A stretch of 64,000 nucleotides of DNA from an uncultured Acidobacteriota bacterium (GCA_963813155.1 CAWEYG010000003.1:800001-864000); one strand, 5' to 3'. Shown: positions 9,840 to 19,675, counted from the stretch's first letter. The notes: generated by a model not told the origin, from the sequence alone. Numbers and translations are program-made.

Positions 9840-9899
9840 GACCCCTGCGTACAGATCCGTAAGCTTGCAATCGCCTCTCGCAAAATTCTACGCGAGAGG
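9840..9899 (-). promoter_or_regulatory. Duplicated promoter/leader element, copy 2: -10 TAGAAT inside the same inverted repeat
   Basis: IR arms at 9874-9881 and 9892-9899; near-identical to 5450-5509; directly upstream of GTG 9835. Confidence 0.7.
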
Positions 9900-9935
9900 A
9901 CTCCAGATCGACGGTGTAGGCGATCATCGGCGGCG

Positions 9936-11300
9936 CTACTTTCCCGGACCCGCGCCCGGCGAGGGCTCCGCGACCGCTTGCTCCCGGAACATCGCCAGCC
10001 GGTATTTCCGGAGAACCAGAAGGCCTTTGCGAACCTGTTCGGGGCGGGGATAGATGGACTGCCGGATCTGGGCGTCGGTCGCCGTGCCCGCCGTCAGGTC
10101 CGCGGCGTTTCGCCTCCGCGTGACCGTGTATCCCCGCAGAACCGGAAGCCAGCGAGCGGAGGCAACCACGGAGACAGCCAGCGACAGGCTTGCCGCGAGT
10201 CCAACGGCAAGCAAGCGAACCGAAGGGCGTCGCAGGCCCCGATCCAACAGCATCGAAAAGAGCACCAGAGTCGCTGCGCCGAGCAAGGACGTCGAGGCGG
10301 CATAGTGGGCGGCCAGCGCCTGTTTCGGGGGTGCAGTCGACCTCGCCATCGCGATCAAACCGGCAGAGCCGAGCGCGAGGAGGCCGAGCGAGAGCCAGCG
10401 CCCGAGCGAGTCGCGGCGGAGGTCTCGGCCGCGAAGGGCCCAGGCCGCGCAGCAGCTGAAAATCAGGACGGCGCCGAGACCGGCGGCCGCCGCGAGCTGC
10501 AACGACGGGTTGGGAATGGGGACGTAGGGCCGACCCAGCACGGCGAAGAAGAACGGGACGACGGTCTTCCGGTTGACGTACAGGTGCGCGGTTCGAGAAG
10601 CGACCCGCGCCAGCAGCAGTGAGCCGAGTCCGACGGCGCTCCAGGCGGCGAGCCGGACGGCGCGGCGCCCCCCGGCAATCGCGATCGCGAACAGACCGGC
10701 GACCCAAATCGCGTTTCCCCCGCCGAAAGAAAACGACGCCACGAGCGCCGACAGGAGCGCCAGCCAGAACAGATTTCTCGAGGGATCTCGCCGGGTGAGG
10801 AGAAAGACCGCGAGAACCGACGCCAGGATCGAGAGGTTCTGGGTAAGCGAATACCCCGACAGAAAATTTTCGAACTGCACGATGGAAAATACGTAGGCCG
10901 ACAACGGCGCGGCCAGGACCAACAGCCGCGAGTCCGTTTCGCGGAGCATCGCGATCAGAGCCGCCACGGTCCCCGCGCACACGGCATAGCTCGCGAGGAC
11001 CTCGACCTTTACGTTCCAGTGCGTGAGGAGGCCCAGGAAAAAGAAGATCATCCGGGGCAGGACGTTGAAATGGCCGTTGTACGGCTTCAGAAGGAGCGGA
11101 AGGACGGGGCGGTGCTCATAATGCGCGGCAAACACCCCGATTTCGCTCCACTGGTCCCAGCTGGGGATCCCCAGGGTCATGGGAAAGAGGAGAGCGAACT
11201 GGATCAGGGGGATCGCCGCGGCGACGAGAAGCGAGACGCCCGAGGCACGCGCCCAGGCGGGGCCGGAATTCTGGTCCTGGGACTCGGGGTTCGGCGGCAT
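9936..11300 (-). CDS. Polytopic membrane protein, PxWDQW family, copy C
   Basis: Start MPPNPES at 11300; PSWDQW...KPYNGHFNVLPRMIF...QFENFLSGY; very similar to copy A over the middle and C-terminus. Confidence 0.7.
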   Translation of the reverse strand: MPPNPESQDQNSGPAWARASGVSLLVAAAIPLIQFALLFPMTLGIPSWDQWSEIGVFAAHYEHRPVLPLLLKPYNGHFNVLPRMIFFFLGLLTHWNVKVEVLASYAVCAGTVAALIAMLRETDSRLLVLAAPLSAYVFSIVQFENFLSGYSLTQNLSILASVLAVFLLTRRDPSRNLFWLALLSALVASFSFGGGNAIWVAGLFAIAIAGGRRAVRLAAWSAVGLGSLLLARVASRTAHLYVNRKTVVPFFFAVLGRPYVPIPNPSLQLAAAAGLGAVLIFSCCAAWALRGRDLRRDSLGRWLSLGLLALGSAGLIAMARSTAPPKQALAAHYAASTSLLGAATLVLFSMLLDRGLRRPSVRLLAVGLAASLSLAVSVVASARWLPVLRGYTVTRRRNAADLTAGTATDAQIRQSIYPRPEQVRKGLLVLRKYRLAMFREQAVAEPSPGAGPGK

Positions 11301-11358
11301 CTTGAAGACTTCAGCCCTATTCTGACATCGATCCGAGATGCGGTAGAGTCGGTTCGCT

Positions 11359-11934
11359 ATGAAAAAAGCTGCGACACCACCCGCCCTTCTCCTGTTGCTT
11401 TCCGTGGTCGTAACGATCTTTTCCCTATCCTGCAGCCGCGAGCCGGCGTCGACGCCCGGGGAGGCGTCCTCATCCGCCTCGACCTCCCCTCCGGCTCCCA
11501 CGGGGCCGCCTGCTGTCCCCGACGGGCTGACGTCCCTGTCGGAAACGGCCTTCCGAGTCGAGTGGGGCAACCCAAAACTTTCGCCCGCGCTCCGCGCCGG
11601 TCAGTCTTCGAGCGTGACCGTTCTCGTCAAAAACACGGGCGATGAGCAGTGGCCGAGCAAGGGATCGCTTGACCCGAGCTGGGCCGGCGCGGGCGCGGTT
11701 CGTCTGAGCTACCGTTGGCTGAAACCCTCGTCTGACCCCCTCACCTCATTCACGGACCGAGTCGATCTTCCCAAGGCTTTGGGACCGGGAGAATCGGCCG
11801 AATTGGTCGTTCCCGTGAAGACCCCAGGGGAGCCCGGCGACTACAAACTCCAGTTCGATCTGGTTCAGGAGTCCGTGGCGTGGTTCAGCGACAAGGGAGC
11901 AGCCAAGCTCGCCGTGCCCGTCAAAATTCAGTGA
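11359..11934 (+). CDS. Lipoprotein with a Ser/Thr/Pro-rich linker and an NBR1/FW-like Ig domain, copy 1
   Basis: Signal peptide ending FSLSC; linker EPASTPGEASSSASTSPPAPTGPP; FRVEW...VKNTG...WP...VRLSYRW...LGPGES...PGDYKLQFDLVQESVAWF. Confidence 0.8.
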   Translation: MKKAATPPALLLLLSVVVTIFSLSCSREPASTPGEASSSASTSPPAPTGPPAVPDGLTSLSETAFRVEWGNPKLSPALRAGQSSSVTVLVKNTGDEQWPSKGSLDPSWAGAGAVRLSYRWLKPSSDPLTSFTDRVDLPKALGPGESAELVVPVKTPGEPGDYKLQFDLVQESVAWFSDKGAAKLAVPVKIQ

Positions 11935-13691
11935 GGACCTGAAGGCCGCGCCGCCAGATCCGACGCCGCACCGACAACGCGGATTCCGGCCTCGTCGGGC
12001 ACGAGCCGGCCGATTTCGATGTCGCGCCGCCTCCCGTACAGGCACCGCAGTCGGACGCGGAGATCGTGAACGCCTGACGCGGGCAGGACAGACAACGGCA
12101 CCCGGATCCGCCAACCCGCGTGCCGAAACGCCTGGTCGCGGTAGCTCGCGGCAACGTCGGGTCGCGGAAGCCCGAGCTCCGCGGAGGCGACGGGGTGGCC
12201 GTCCAAGACGAGATCGAGCCGCTCCACGGGCACACCGGAACGGGGAGAGTCCGCCGCCCATCCGCGGATGTCGACCACCGTGCCAGTGCGGAGAATCACC
12301 GTTCGCCCGCGGAAGGCGAGACCGTTGATGACATCCACGCTTCCGATTGGCGGAATACTCGACGGCCTGTTTCGGTAGGCCGCGAGCCCGTATTCCCGGA
12401 GTACGCCCAGGGCATCGCGCACTGCCTGCGGCCTCGGGTAGAGCGAGCTGCGGATCTGCGCATCCGTGGCGGTACCGTTGAGGAGGTCAGCGACGTTCCG
12501 GTCGTTGATCTGGGAAAAACGACGAACGACCGGGAGCCAGCCCGCGGAGAGTTTCACGACCTGCACCGTCGCGAGAGATCCGATCACGACGATTGCCACA
12601 AGCCGATGCCCGGAGCTCGTCGCCGTCCGCTGCGGCTCGCAGTCGATCGACGCGACGATCAGCATGAACGCGGCGATTCCCAGCGGCGTCGTCGACGTGC
12701 AGTAGTGAGAAGCGAGCGCCTGATCGAGGCCCGCGCTGGCGCGCGCAAGGGCAATCAAGGCTGCCGACCCGATCGCAAGCAGCCCGACGCAGCTCCACCT
12801 CCGAAGAGAGTTTCGGTCCATGCCCCCTCGACGCCAGGCGAATGCCAGTGCCAGAACAAACGCCGCGCACACGGCGAAACCGATTTCTCCTAACGCCCGA
12901 AGCGAAGAGTGCGGCGAGAGAGCGAACGGCCGGCCGAGAAGGACGAGGAAAAAAGGAACCACTCTCGCCCAATTGACGCGGAGCGTGGCGACGCTGGCGG
13001 CGTGCTTGGCGAGAATCAGGCCGCCGACGCCCGCAAGGCTCCACACCGACAGGCGGAGACGCCGGCGCGTGGGATCCGTGGCGATCGCGACCAGCCCCAC
13101 GATCCAGAGCGAGTTTGCGGCCGAAAAGGACAGCGACGCAAGGACCGCCGCGATCACCGCGGGCACGAACCGATTCGCCCGGCCGTCTCGCCGAGTGAGA
13201 AAGAAAATCGACAGGACAGAGGCCAAAAGAGATAGGTTCTGCATCAGAGGATAGCCCGAGAAGAAGTTCTCGAATTGCGAGAGGGAGAACACGTAGGCCG
13301 ACAGGGCCGCGGCGACGACGAGCAGGCGGGGACTCGTTTCTTTCGCCATCCAGATCAGCAACGCGAGGACCCCGACGCAGACGACGTAGCTGGCGACGAC
13401 CTCCGCGCGGACGTTCCAGCGCGTCAGCAGTCCCAGACAGTAGAAAATGAGCTTCGGAAACACGTTGAAGTGCCCGTTGTAAGGACGGAGCAGGAACGGC
13501 AGAACCGGCTTGTGGGTGTAGTGCCGCAGCCAGAGCTCGACCTGGCTCCACTGGTCCCAGATGGGCATGTCGCTCGTGAGTGGAAAGATCAAAGAAAACT
13601 GGAGAATGGGAATTGCCGCCGCGATGCAGAACGACGCGACGTTCGCGATCGACCATGCCCGCGAGTCCCGGTCGATGGTGTCGATTTTCAA
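11928..13691 (-). CDS. Polytopic membrane protein, PxWDQW family, copy D, with a C-terminal 'GW...RPDV' Ig-like domain
   Basis: PIWDQW...RPYNGHFNVFPKLIF...QFENFFSGY; extra C-terminal GSVD...IRGWAAD...PRPDVAASY...GW. Confidence 0.75.
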   Translation of the reverse strand: MKIDTIDRDSRAWSIANVASFCIAAAIPILQFSLIFPLTSDMPIWDQWSQVELWLRHYTHKPVLPFLLRPYNGHFNVFPKLIFYCLGLLTRWNVRAEVVASYVVCVGVLALLIWMAKETSPRLLVVAAALSAYVFSLSQFENFFSGYPLMQNLSLLASVLSIFFLTRRDGRANRFVPAVIAAVLASLSFSAANSLWIVGLVAIATDPTRRRLRLSVWSLAGVGGLILAKHAASVATLRVNWARVVPFFLVLLGRPFALSPHSSLRALGEIGFAVCAAFVLALAFAWRRGGMDRNSLRRWSCVGLLAIGSAALIALARASAGLDQALASHYCTSTTPLGIAAFMLIVASIDCEPQRTATSSGHRLVAIVVIGSLATVQVVKLSAGWLPVVRRFSQINDRNVADLLNGTATDAQIRSSLYPRPQAVRDALGVLREYGLAAYRNRPSSIPPIGSVDVINGLAFRGRTVILRTGTVVDIRGWAADSPRSGVPVERLDLVLDGHPVASAELGLPRPDVAASYRDQAFRHAGWRIRVPLSVLPASGVHDLRVRLRCLYGRRRDIEIGRLVPDEAGIRVVGAASDLAARPSGPH

Positions 13692-13796
13692 GTCTCCAAC
13701 GCTCGATTCCAGCCTACACGAAACCTCACCTGCAGGGCTAGCCCGGGAGGATATCGAGTTGAGCTTCGCATCGGTCGCCCGTACACTCTCGGCAAG

Positions 13797-16208
13797 GTGT
13801 ACGAAAATGGCGAACTGCGCGTCTCGTTTCGGGAGGGTCTCGCGGTGGCACTGCTCTATCTTGTCGCTCTCGGGTGCGCCTATCCAAACGTTCTATTCAA
13901 GGGGAAATCGCTCGTCTACACGGACAATCGCAATCCGGCCGACGAGCGACTGATTGCGCAGAATTATGGAGAGAAATTCGTTCCCGCTGAGGTCTGGGCC
14001 GACAAGAACTACAACCGTTATCCGAATCTGCACGATCCCGGAGCCACTTGGTGGCAATGGGAACCCGCCGCCGAGTTTCTGAGAACCGGTCTCGAGAAGA
14101 GAGAGCTTCCTTTCTGGGACCCCTACGTCGCCGGCGGAACGCCGGCGATGACGAACGTCATCTCTGCGCTTGCTTTTCCGCCGTACGTCGCCGTGGTTCT
14201 CGCCGGAAACACGGCCTTCCTTCGAAACGCCTACTACCTTTTTCTGCTGTTCGCCGCCGCTCTCTTTACCTACCTCTTCCTGCGCAAGCACGGCCTGCTG
14301 CGGGAGGCGTGCTTCCTCGGGGGCGTCGTCTTTCTCTTCTGCGGTGGCCTCATTCAGAACGCGGGATCGTTTATCGGTCAGGCGGCGGCATGCGTTCCGT
14401 TCGTTCTCTATCTCGTTCGCCGATTCCTGGACCGCCCCGAGGCGAGACGACTCGTCGTTCTCGCGTTCGGGATGGCGCTGGTGTCGCTCGCCAGCTTTCC
14501 GCCGCTCCTGGTAGGAACGTTCGGAACCGTCGCAATCTACGCGGTTTCGATGATCCTCTCGGCCGACCGGCCCTCGCAGCCGGCCGGCGGGCGGGCGCGA
14601 CTGATCGCGTTATTTGCAGCCGCCTGCGGGCTCGCGTTCGGGCTCGTCGGGTTTTACTTCGTTCCGTTCGTGGCCCTCGTCCGGGCTACCCCCTACGTAT
14701 CCGCGCTGTACAAGGGGGCAGCGTTGCTCTCGATGCCGTTCGTCACGATCTATGACCTGCTTTCCCCGGTCGCGCTGGGCGGCCGGAAAGTCTTCGCTCA
14801 GGCCCCCTTCCGAAGCCCCAGTCATTTCAGCCTCTTTTACCTCGGGGTCGCGCCGATCGCACTGGCGGCGCTCGCCGGCCCCGTACAGCCGAAAAAGGCG
14901 AAAGCCCTGTTTTGGATCTTCTTTTCGAGCACAGCTCTCCTGAGCCTCAAGCTTTTCGGGGTACAGCCTGTTCAGTCGCTCGGACGGTTACCGATTCTGA
15001 AGAACGTGCACATGGCACAATACTTCGGTATCTACCTCGACTTTTTTATCGCCGTTTTGGCCGCGATCGGTCTCGAGCGGCTCGCCTCGGGACGGCCGGC
15101 GCGAGCGCGAGCGGCGTTCGCGTCATTGCTCGTCGCTCTGCTGCTCGGCGGCGCTCACCACGTCGCGATCGCGGGGGGACTCCGAAAATCCGGCCTCGAG
15201 AGCTTCTGGCTTCGCTCTTGGGCGTTCCTCGTCGGCACCGCCATCCTGATCCTCGCGTCGATTCTTCTCGCGTCCATCCTGTCGATAGGGCGCGCGAAGA
15301 CCGTCGTCGTGGCCGCTTGCATCGCGCTTTGCATGGCCGAGGGAGCCTTCAACGCTTATTATCCTCGCCAATACACTTGGAACGTGTGGCGCCACCCCGT
15401 TCCATATGTCCAGGAGCTCCAGCGCGAAGCCGCCCACGACCGAGTGCTCGGCCTCGGGGCGTTGGAAGCGAACCTCGGGTCGGCGTACGAGGTCTTCGAG
15501 ATCGATTCCCTGATGGCGTTCAATCCGGAAAGGATCTACGATTTTTACCATCGCTATTTCAGTCGCTCCAAAGAGATTTTTCTTCGGTCGACAAGACGCC
15601 TTCCGGAAGAGGGGCCGCTTGATCGCGCCGACCTGAGGTACCTCATCGTCGCCGAAGGGATTCCGAGCGCGGTCCGGGAAGCGAGCCGGCGCGGCTACGA
15701 GTCGATTTTTGCTGACGGAACCGTGCGGATTTTCCGCCGAGCGTCCTCGCCGCGGTACTACTTTACAAGCGACTATCAGCTCGCCACGCCGGCGAGAGCG
15801 CTCGATCTGGCTGGATCGCTGCCGCCCGGCAGGGGAATCGCGATCGAGGAGCAACCGGAATTCAGTTCACAGCCCAACGCCGGCGACGATCCTGCCATCC
15901 AGGTGCTCGATTTTCATCGAAATTCGTTGACTCTCGGCCTCTTTGCTCCCCGGCCGGGGCTCGTCTATTGTGCCGAGAGCTATTTCGACGGATGGTCCGC
16001 AACTGTGAACGGTCGACCGACAAAGATTCTGCCAGCCAATTACGCCTTCCGCGCCGTCGAGGTCCCGGCGGGAACAGTTCGCGTCCACCTTTCGTACTGG
16101 CCTCCCGGTCTCATGGCAGGTCTCGCACTCACGGCGGGGAGTCTTCTCTTCACGGTAGCGCTGTCAGCGGGCTTCGTCCTTCGGCGGCGAGAAGGAGGGC
16201 CGCTGTAA
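13797..16208 (+). CDS. YfhO-family membrane protein (GT-C glycosyltransferase-like), copy 1
   Basis: ELPFWDPYVAGGTP near the N-terminus, many TM segments, C-terminal ESYFDGWSATVNG...ANYAFRAVEVPAG...Y.PPG plus a final TM. Start placed at GTG 13797. Confidence 0.85.
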   Translation: MYENGELRVSFREGLAVALLYLVALGCAYPNVLFKGKSLVYTDNRNPADERLIAQNYGEKFVPAEVWADKNYNRYPNLHDPGATWWQWEPAAEFLRTGLEKRELPFWDPYVAGGTPAMTNVISALAFPPYVAVVLAGNTAFLRNAYYLFLLFAAALFTYLFLRKHGLLREACFLGGVVFLFCGGLIQNAGSFIGQAAACVPFVLYLVRRFLDRPEARRLVVLAFGMALVSLASFPPLLVGTFGTVAIYAVSMILSADRPSQPAGGRARLIALFAAACGLAFGLVGFYFVPFVALVRATPYVSALYKGAALLSMPFVTIYDLLSPVALGGRKVFAQAPFRSPSHFSLFYLGVAPIALAALAGPVQPKKAKALFWIFFSSTALLSLKLFGVQPVQSLGRLPILKNVHMAQYFGIYLDFFIAVLAAIGLERLASGRPARARAAFASLLVALLLGGAHHVAIAGGLRKSGLESFWLRSWAFLVGTAILILASILLASILSIGRAKTVVVAACIALCMAEGAFNAYYPRQYTWNVWRHPVPYVQELQREAAHDRVLGLGALEANLGSAYEVFEIDSLMAFNPERIYDFYHRYFSRSKEIFLRSTRRLPEEGPLDRADLRYLIVAEGIPSAVREASRRGYESIFADGTVRIFRRASSPRYYFTSDYQLATPARALDLAGSLPPGRGIAIEEQPEFSSQPNAGDDPAIQVLDFHRNSLTLGLFAPRPGLVYCAESYFDGWSATVNGRPTKILPANYAFRAVEVPAGTVRVHLSYWPPGLMAGLALTAGSLLFTVALSAGFVLRRREGGPL

Positions 16209-16973
16209 CCCTTCTGCCACCGGGAGTGCTGCCGCCGTTCGCTGGTGCCGGTGGTAATCGCCGCGGGAGAGCAGCTTCTCAAGGAAGATGTACAAAACGA
16301 TAAAGAGATAACGGCTGCCCATCTCCTTGATCTTGAGCTTCGAGACGCCGGTCGTCCGGTTGTACCAGTTGATTGGAAGGACGGCGTACGTGTAGCCACG
16401 GACAATCGCTTTCAACGGCAGCTCGATCGTCAGGTTGAAATGCCGTGACAGAATCGGGCTCACGCCCCCGATGACCTCGCGCCGATAGCCCTTGAAAGCG
16501 TTCGTGGTGTCATTGAGATCGAGCCGGAACAGGATTTTGATGAACCAGTTCGCGAGCCGGTTCAAAGCGAGCTTGAAAACCGGATAATCCACGACCCTGC
16601 TTCCCCGCAGGAACCGGGACCCAAAAACGCACTCGAAACCTTCCTCCAGCTTTCGGGCGTACTTGACCACGTCGGCCGGGTCATCCGAGGCGTCCGCCAT
16701 GACGATGCAAACGGCGTCGCCTCGAAACGTTTCGAGCCCCCTGGTCACGGCGTGGCCGAACCCGGCGGACTTCTCGTTCGACACTCCGCGGACTTCCGGA
16801 TATTCGCGAGCGAGGTCTGCGACTGTCTCGGCCGTTCGATCGGTGCTGTGATCGTTCACGACGACTATCTCGAAAGCGATCTCTGCCGACCTCAAAGCGA
16901 CGCAAAGCGCCGAAACCGTCGTGCCCAGGCTGCCTTCCTCGTTATGAGCGGGAATGACCACCGATATCAGCAT
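16164..16973 (-). CDS. GT2, DPM1/DPG-synthase-like polyprenol-phosphate glycosyltransferase
   Basis: SVVIPAHNEE, VNDHSTD, MADASDDP, FGSRF, DTTNAFKGYR, RTTGVSK; ATG 16973 overlaps the upstream TAA. Confidence 0.85.
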   Translation of the reverse strand: MLISVVIPAHNEEGSLGTTVSALCVALRSAEIAFEIVVVNDHSTDRTAETVADLAREYPEVRGVSNEKSAGFGHAVTRGLETFRGDAVCIVMADASDDPADVVKYARKLEEGFECVFGSRFLRGSRVVDYPVFKLALNRLANWFIKILFRLDLNDTTNAFKGYRREVIGGVSPILSRHFNLTIELPLKAIVRGYTYAVLPINWYNRTTGVSKLKIKEMGSRYLFIVLYIFLEKLLSRGDYHRHQRTAAALPVAEGLQRPSFSPPKDEAR

Positions 16974-18046
16974 TACGCGCCCGCTGTCCACCTCTCCACG
17001 TTCTTCTCGTAGATGTCACGGAGCAGGCTCTCGAGATCGTATCTCTGCTTCCAGTTCGGGAAATGCACCTGGAATTTTCCGAGGTCGCTGATGTACCAAA
17101 TGTGATCGCCCAGCCGATTCGCCTCGGAGTACGTCCACTGCAGGGGTCGGTTCGCGATCGATTCACAGAGCTCGATCGCTTCGAGCATGGAGCAATTGCT
17201 GAAGCGGCCGCCGCCCATGTTGTAGACCTCGCCGGGCCGCGGAGCCCGGAAGTACTCATGGAACGCCGCAACCAGATCTGCACTGTGGATGTTGTCGCGC
17301 ACCTGCTTTCCTTTGTATCCGTAGACCGTGTAGGGCTGCCCGGTGCAGACGCACTTCATGAGAAAAGCCAGAAAGCCATGGAGCGCCGTCCCGGAATGAT
17401 TCGGCCCCGTAAGACAGCCTCCCCGAAAGCACACCGTCGGCAGGCCGAAATACCGCCCGTACTCTTGAACGAGCACGTCCGCGGCGACCTTCGACGCTCC
17501 GAACACGGAATGGGTCGACGCATCGATGCTCATCGACTCGTCGATCCCGTTCGAGAATTCGTGGCCCCGCTCGATCTCCCAACGGGTCGACTCTTCGACG
17601 AGGGGAAGCAAGTTCGGGCGGTCGCCGTAGACTTTGTTCGTCGAGGTGAAGATGAAGACGGCGCCGGGACAGAAGCGGCGACACGCTTCGAGTAGGTTGA
17701 GAGTCCCGACTGCATTGACGGAAAAATCCGTTTTCGGTTCGCGGGCCGCCCAGTCATGAGAGGGCTGCGCGGCCGTATGAACGACGAGGCGGACGGCCGA
17801 GCCGAGACCCTGGAACAGCCGCTCGATCGACGCCTCGTCGCGAATGTCGATATCCCGGTGGCTGTACCGCGCCGGGAACCGGGATCTCAGAAGATCGCGG
17901 TTCCAGGCTGTCGAAGCCTCGTCGCCGAAGAAGCGCCGCCGCATGTCGTTGTCGATGCCGACGACATCGAAACCGAGCTCGGCGAAGGAGCTCGCCGTCT
18001 CTGAACCCACGAGACCGCAACTGCCCGTCACAACGGCGAGGGACAT
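16973..18046 (-). CDS. NAD-dependent epimerase/dehydratase, CDP-paratose 2-epimerase (RfbE)-like, with FxxxK in place of YxxxK
   Basis: [47 protein letters not shown]. Confidence 0.85.
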   Translation of the reverse strand: MSLAVVTGSCGLVGSETASSFAELGFDVVGIDNDMRRRFFGDEASTAWNRDLLRSRFPARYSHRDIDIRDEASIERLFQGLGSAVRLVVHTAAQPSHDWAAREPKTDFSVNAVGTLNLLEACRRFCPGAVFIFTSTNKVYGDRPNLLPLVEESTRWEIERGHEFSNGIDESMSIDASTHSVFGASKVAADVLVQEYGRYFGLPTVCFRGGCLTGPNHSGTALHGFLAFLMKCVCTGQPYTVYGYKGKQVRDNIHSADLVAAFHEYFRAPRPGEVYNMGGGRFSNCSMLEAIELCESIANRPLQWTYSEANRLGDHIWYISDLGKFQVHFPNWKQRYDLESLLRDIYEKNVERWTAGA

Positions 18047-18055
18047 TTCAGCCTT

Positions 18056-19132
18056 TCAAGCCCACAGTCCGCGAAGCTCGTGCTCCGAAGCACGGATCCA
18101 TTCGAGCGTGTCGTGAAGAATGTCGCGAGGCGATCTCTTCGGGCGCCAGCCGGTCGCCTCGCGAATGCGGTCGGTGTCGGAGACGTACAACTTCACGTCC
18201 GCCGGACGATTCGACGGTTCCGACCCGATCGATACTGTATTTCCCGTCAGCTCGCGGCAAAGGGCCGTGGCTTCGCGGAGCGACAGGCTGCACTCCAGCC
18301 CTCCCCCGACGTTGAAAGTCAGCCCCCGGAAGCGTTCCAGTTCCCCGAGCTGGAGACTCAGAAGCTCGGCGAGATCGTCGATGTGCAAGAGGTCGCGGAC
18401 CTGTTTCCCCTCTCCACCCCAGCCATGGTACGCGATGGCTTTGCCGAAGTAGTGGCTCGCCACCCAGAGAGCGAACACGCCCTGCTCGACTTTCCCGAAC
18501 TGATAGGGGCCGGCGATGACGCCGCAGCGATTGATGATCGCGCGGAGGGAATACATGTCCGCATATTCGCCGATCAAGAGTTCCGAAGCGAGCTTCGTAG
18601 CCCCGTAAAGAGATCGCGCTCCACCCAGGGGGAAATCTTCACTGATCCCTTTCGGTGATATGCCGACGAGTCTCTGGGTTTTCGAAATCTTCAGCCGCGT
18701 TTCCGTTTCCTCGGTCTCGATCTCGTTGAGCAGCCGCGTCGGATAAACTCGGCTCGTAGAGAGAAAGACGAAGGCGGCTTCCCGCTTGCGAGCAAACTCG
18801 AGACAGTTCACGGTACCCACCAGATTCGTCCGGAGCACATACTCTGGCGACTCTCCGTGGCCCGCGAGAACGGACGGCTCCGCTGAGCACTCGAGAACGA
18901 GATCGATCTTCGGGAGAGCGGTTTCGAGATCTTCGGGACTTCGAATGTCCGCGTGCAGGAACTCTACCCCGCCCGTCCGGAGTCGCGCGAGATTCGTCTC
19001 CGACCCCCGGCGCCGAAGATTGTCCGCCGCGATCACGCGAACCTCCGGATGTGCCTGCTTGAGCCCGACAGCGAGGTTCGAACCGACGAAGCCGGCCCCG
19101 CCCGTGACCAGGACTTTTCGAAAGTCGAACAT
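18056..19132 (-). CDS. NAD-dependent epimerase/dehydratase, RfbE-like, with canonical YxxxK
   Basis: TGGAGFVG, STSRVYP, SLYGATK, GGEGKQVRDLLH, FNVGGG. Confidence 0.85.
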   Translation of the reverse strand: MFDFRKVLVTGGAGFVGSNLAVGLKQAHPEVRVIAADNLRRRGSETNLARLRTGGVEFLHADIRSPEDLETALPKIDLVLECSAEPSVLAGHGESPEYVLRTNLVGTVNCLEFARKREAAFVFLSTSRVYPTRLLNEIETEETETRLKISKTQRLVGISPKGISEDFPLGGARSLYGATKLASELLIGEYADMYSLRAIINRCGVIAGPYQFGKVEQGVFALWVASHYFGKAIAYHGWGGEGKQVRDLLHIDDLAELLSLQLGELERFRGLTFNVGGGLECSLSLREATALCRELTGNTVSIGSEPSNRPADVKLYVSDTDRIREATGWRPKRSPRDILHDTLEWIRASEHELRGLWA

Positions 19133-19204
19133 CTTCTATCAGCCGGAGAGTTCCGAACGAGAGACTATCAGAGGAAAGAGGCGGCCGGGAGTTAGAATGT
19201 CACC

Positions 19205-19675
19205 GTGTCCCGGAGCCTGATCAGTATTTCTCTCGTTGCGTTCGTCCTTTCGTGCGCGCGGTCGCCCGAGGCAAATTTCCCTCCAGCGCTCTCGGCGCCT
19301 TCCGCGGGCCCTTCGCCGGATCTCTACTCGGTCACCTGGCTCGACCATGAGTTTCCCGCCGAGGTCAAACATGGAACGCAGGTATTGGCGGCCGTGACGT
19401 TCAAGAATTCCAGCCCCCGCGTCTGGAACCACTTCGTGAGGTTCAATTACACTTGGAGGCTCGACGGTGCTGCCCCCGGCCCCTATGAGCCGAACCGGAC
19501 GTTCTTCGGGAGGCCGGTCGCTCCCGGAGAAGCGGTTTCTTTGGACCATGTCCTAGTCGACGTCCCCGCAAAGGCCGGGCTCTACACGCTCGTCTTCGTA
19601 CTGGTCAACGAGTCGGTCGCCTGGTTTCCCGATCGCGGCGCCAAAGCTCTTTCCATCCCGGTTCGCGTGAGCTAA
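19205..19675 (+). CDS. Lipoprotein with an NBR1/FW-like Ig domain, copy 2
   Basis: Lipobox-like VLSC; Pro/Ser linker; YSVTW...VTFKNSS...YTW...VAPGE...GLYTLVFVLVNESVAWFPDRGA. Confidence 0.8.
   Translation: MSRSLISISLVAFVLSCARSPEANFPPALSAPSAGPSPDLYSVTWLDHEFPAEVKHGTQVLAAVTFKNSSPRVWNHFVRFNYTWRLDGAAPGPYEPNRTFFGRPVAPGEAVSLDHVLVDVPAKAGLYTLVFVLVNESVAWFPDRGAKALSIPVRVS

Noticed and set aside
7206-13691. Repeated DNA considered as a CRISPR array, DGR template/variable repeat or shufflon
   Set aside because: The repeats are within paralogous CDSs. There is no repeat-spacer periodicity, mismatches are not adenine-specific, and no RT, cas or recombinase gene is present.
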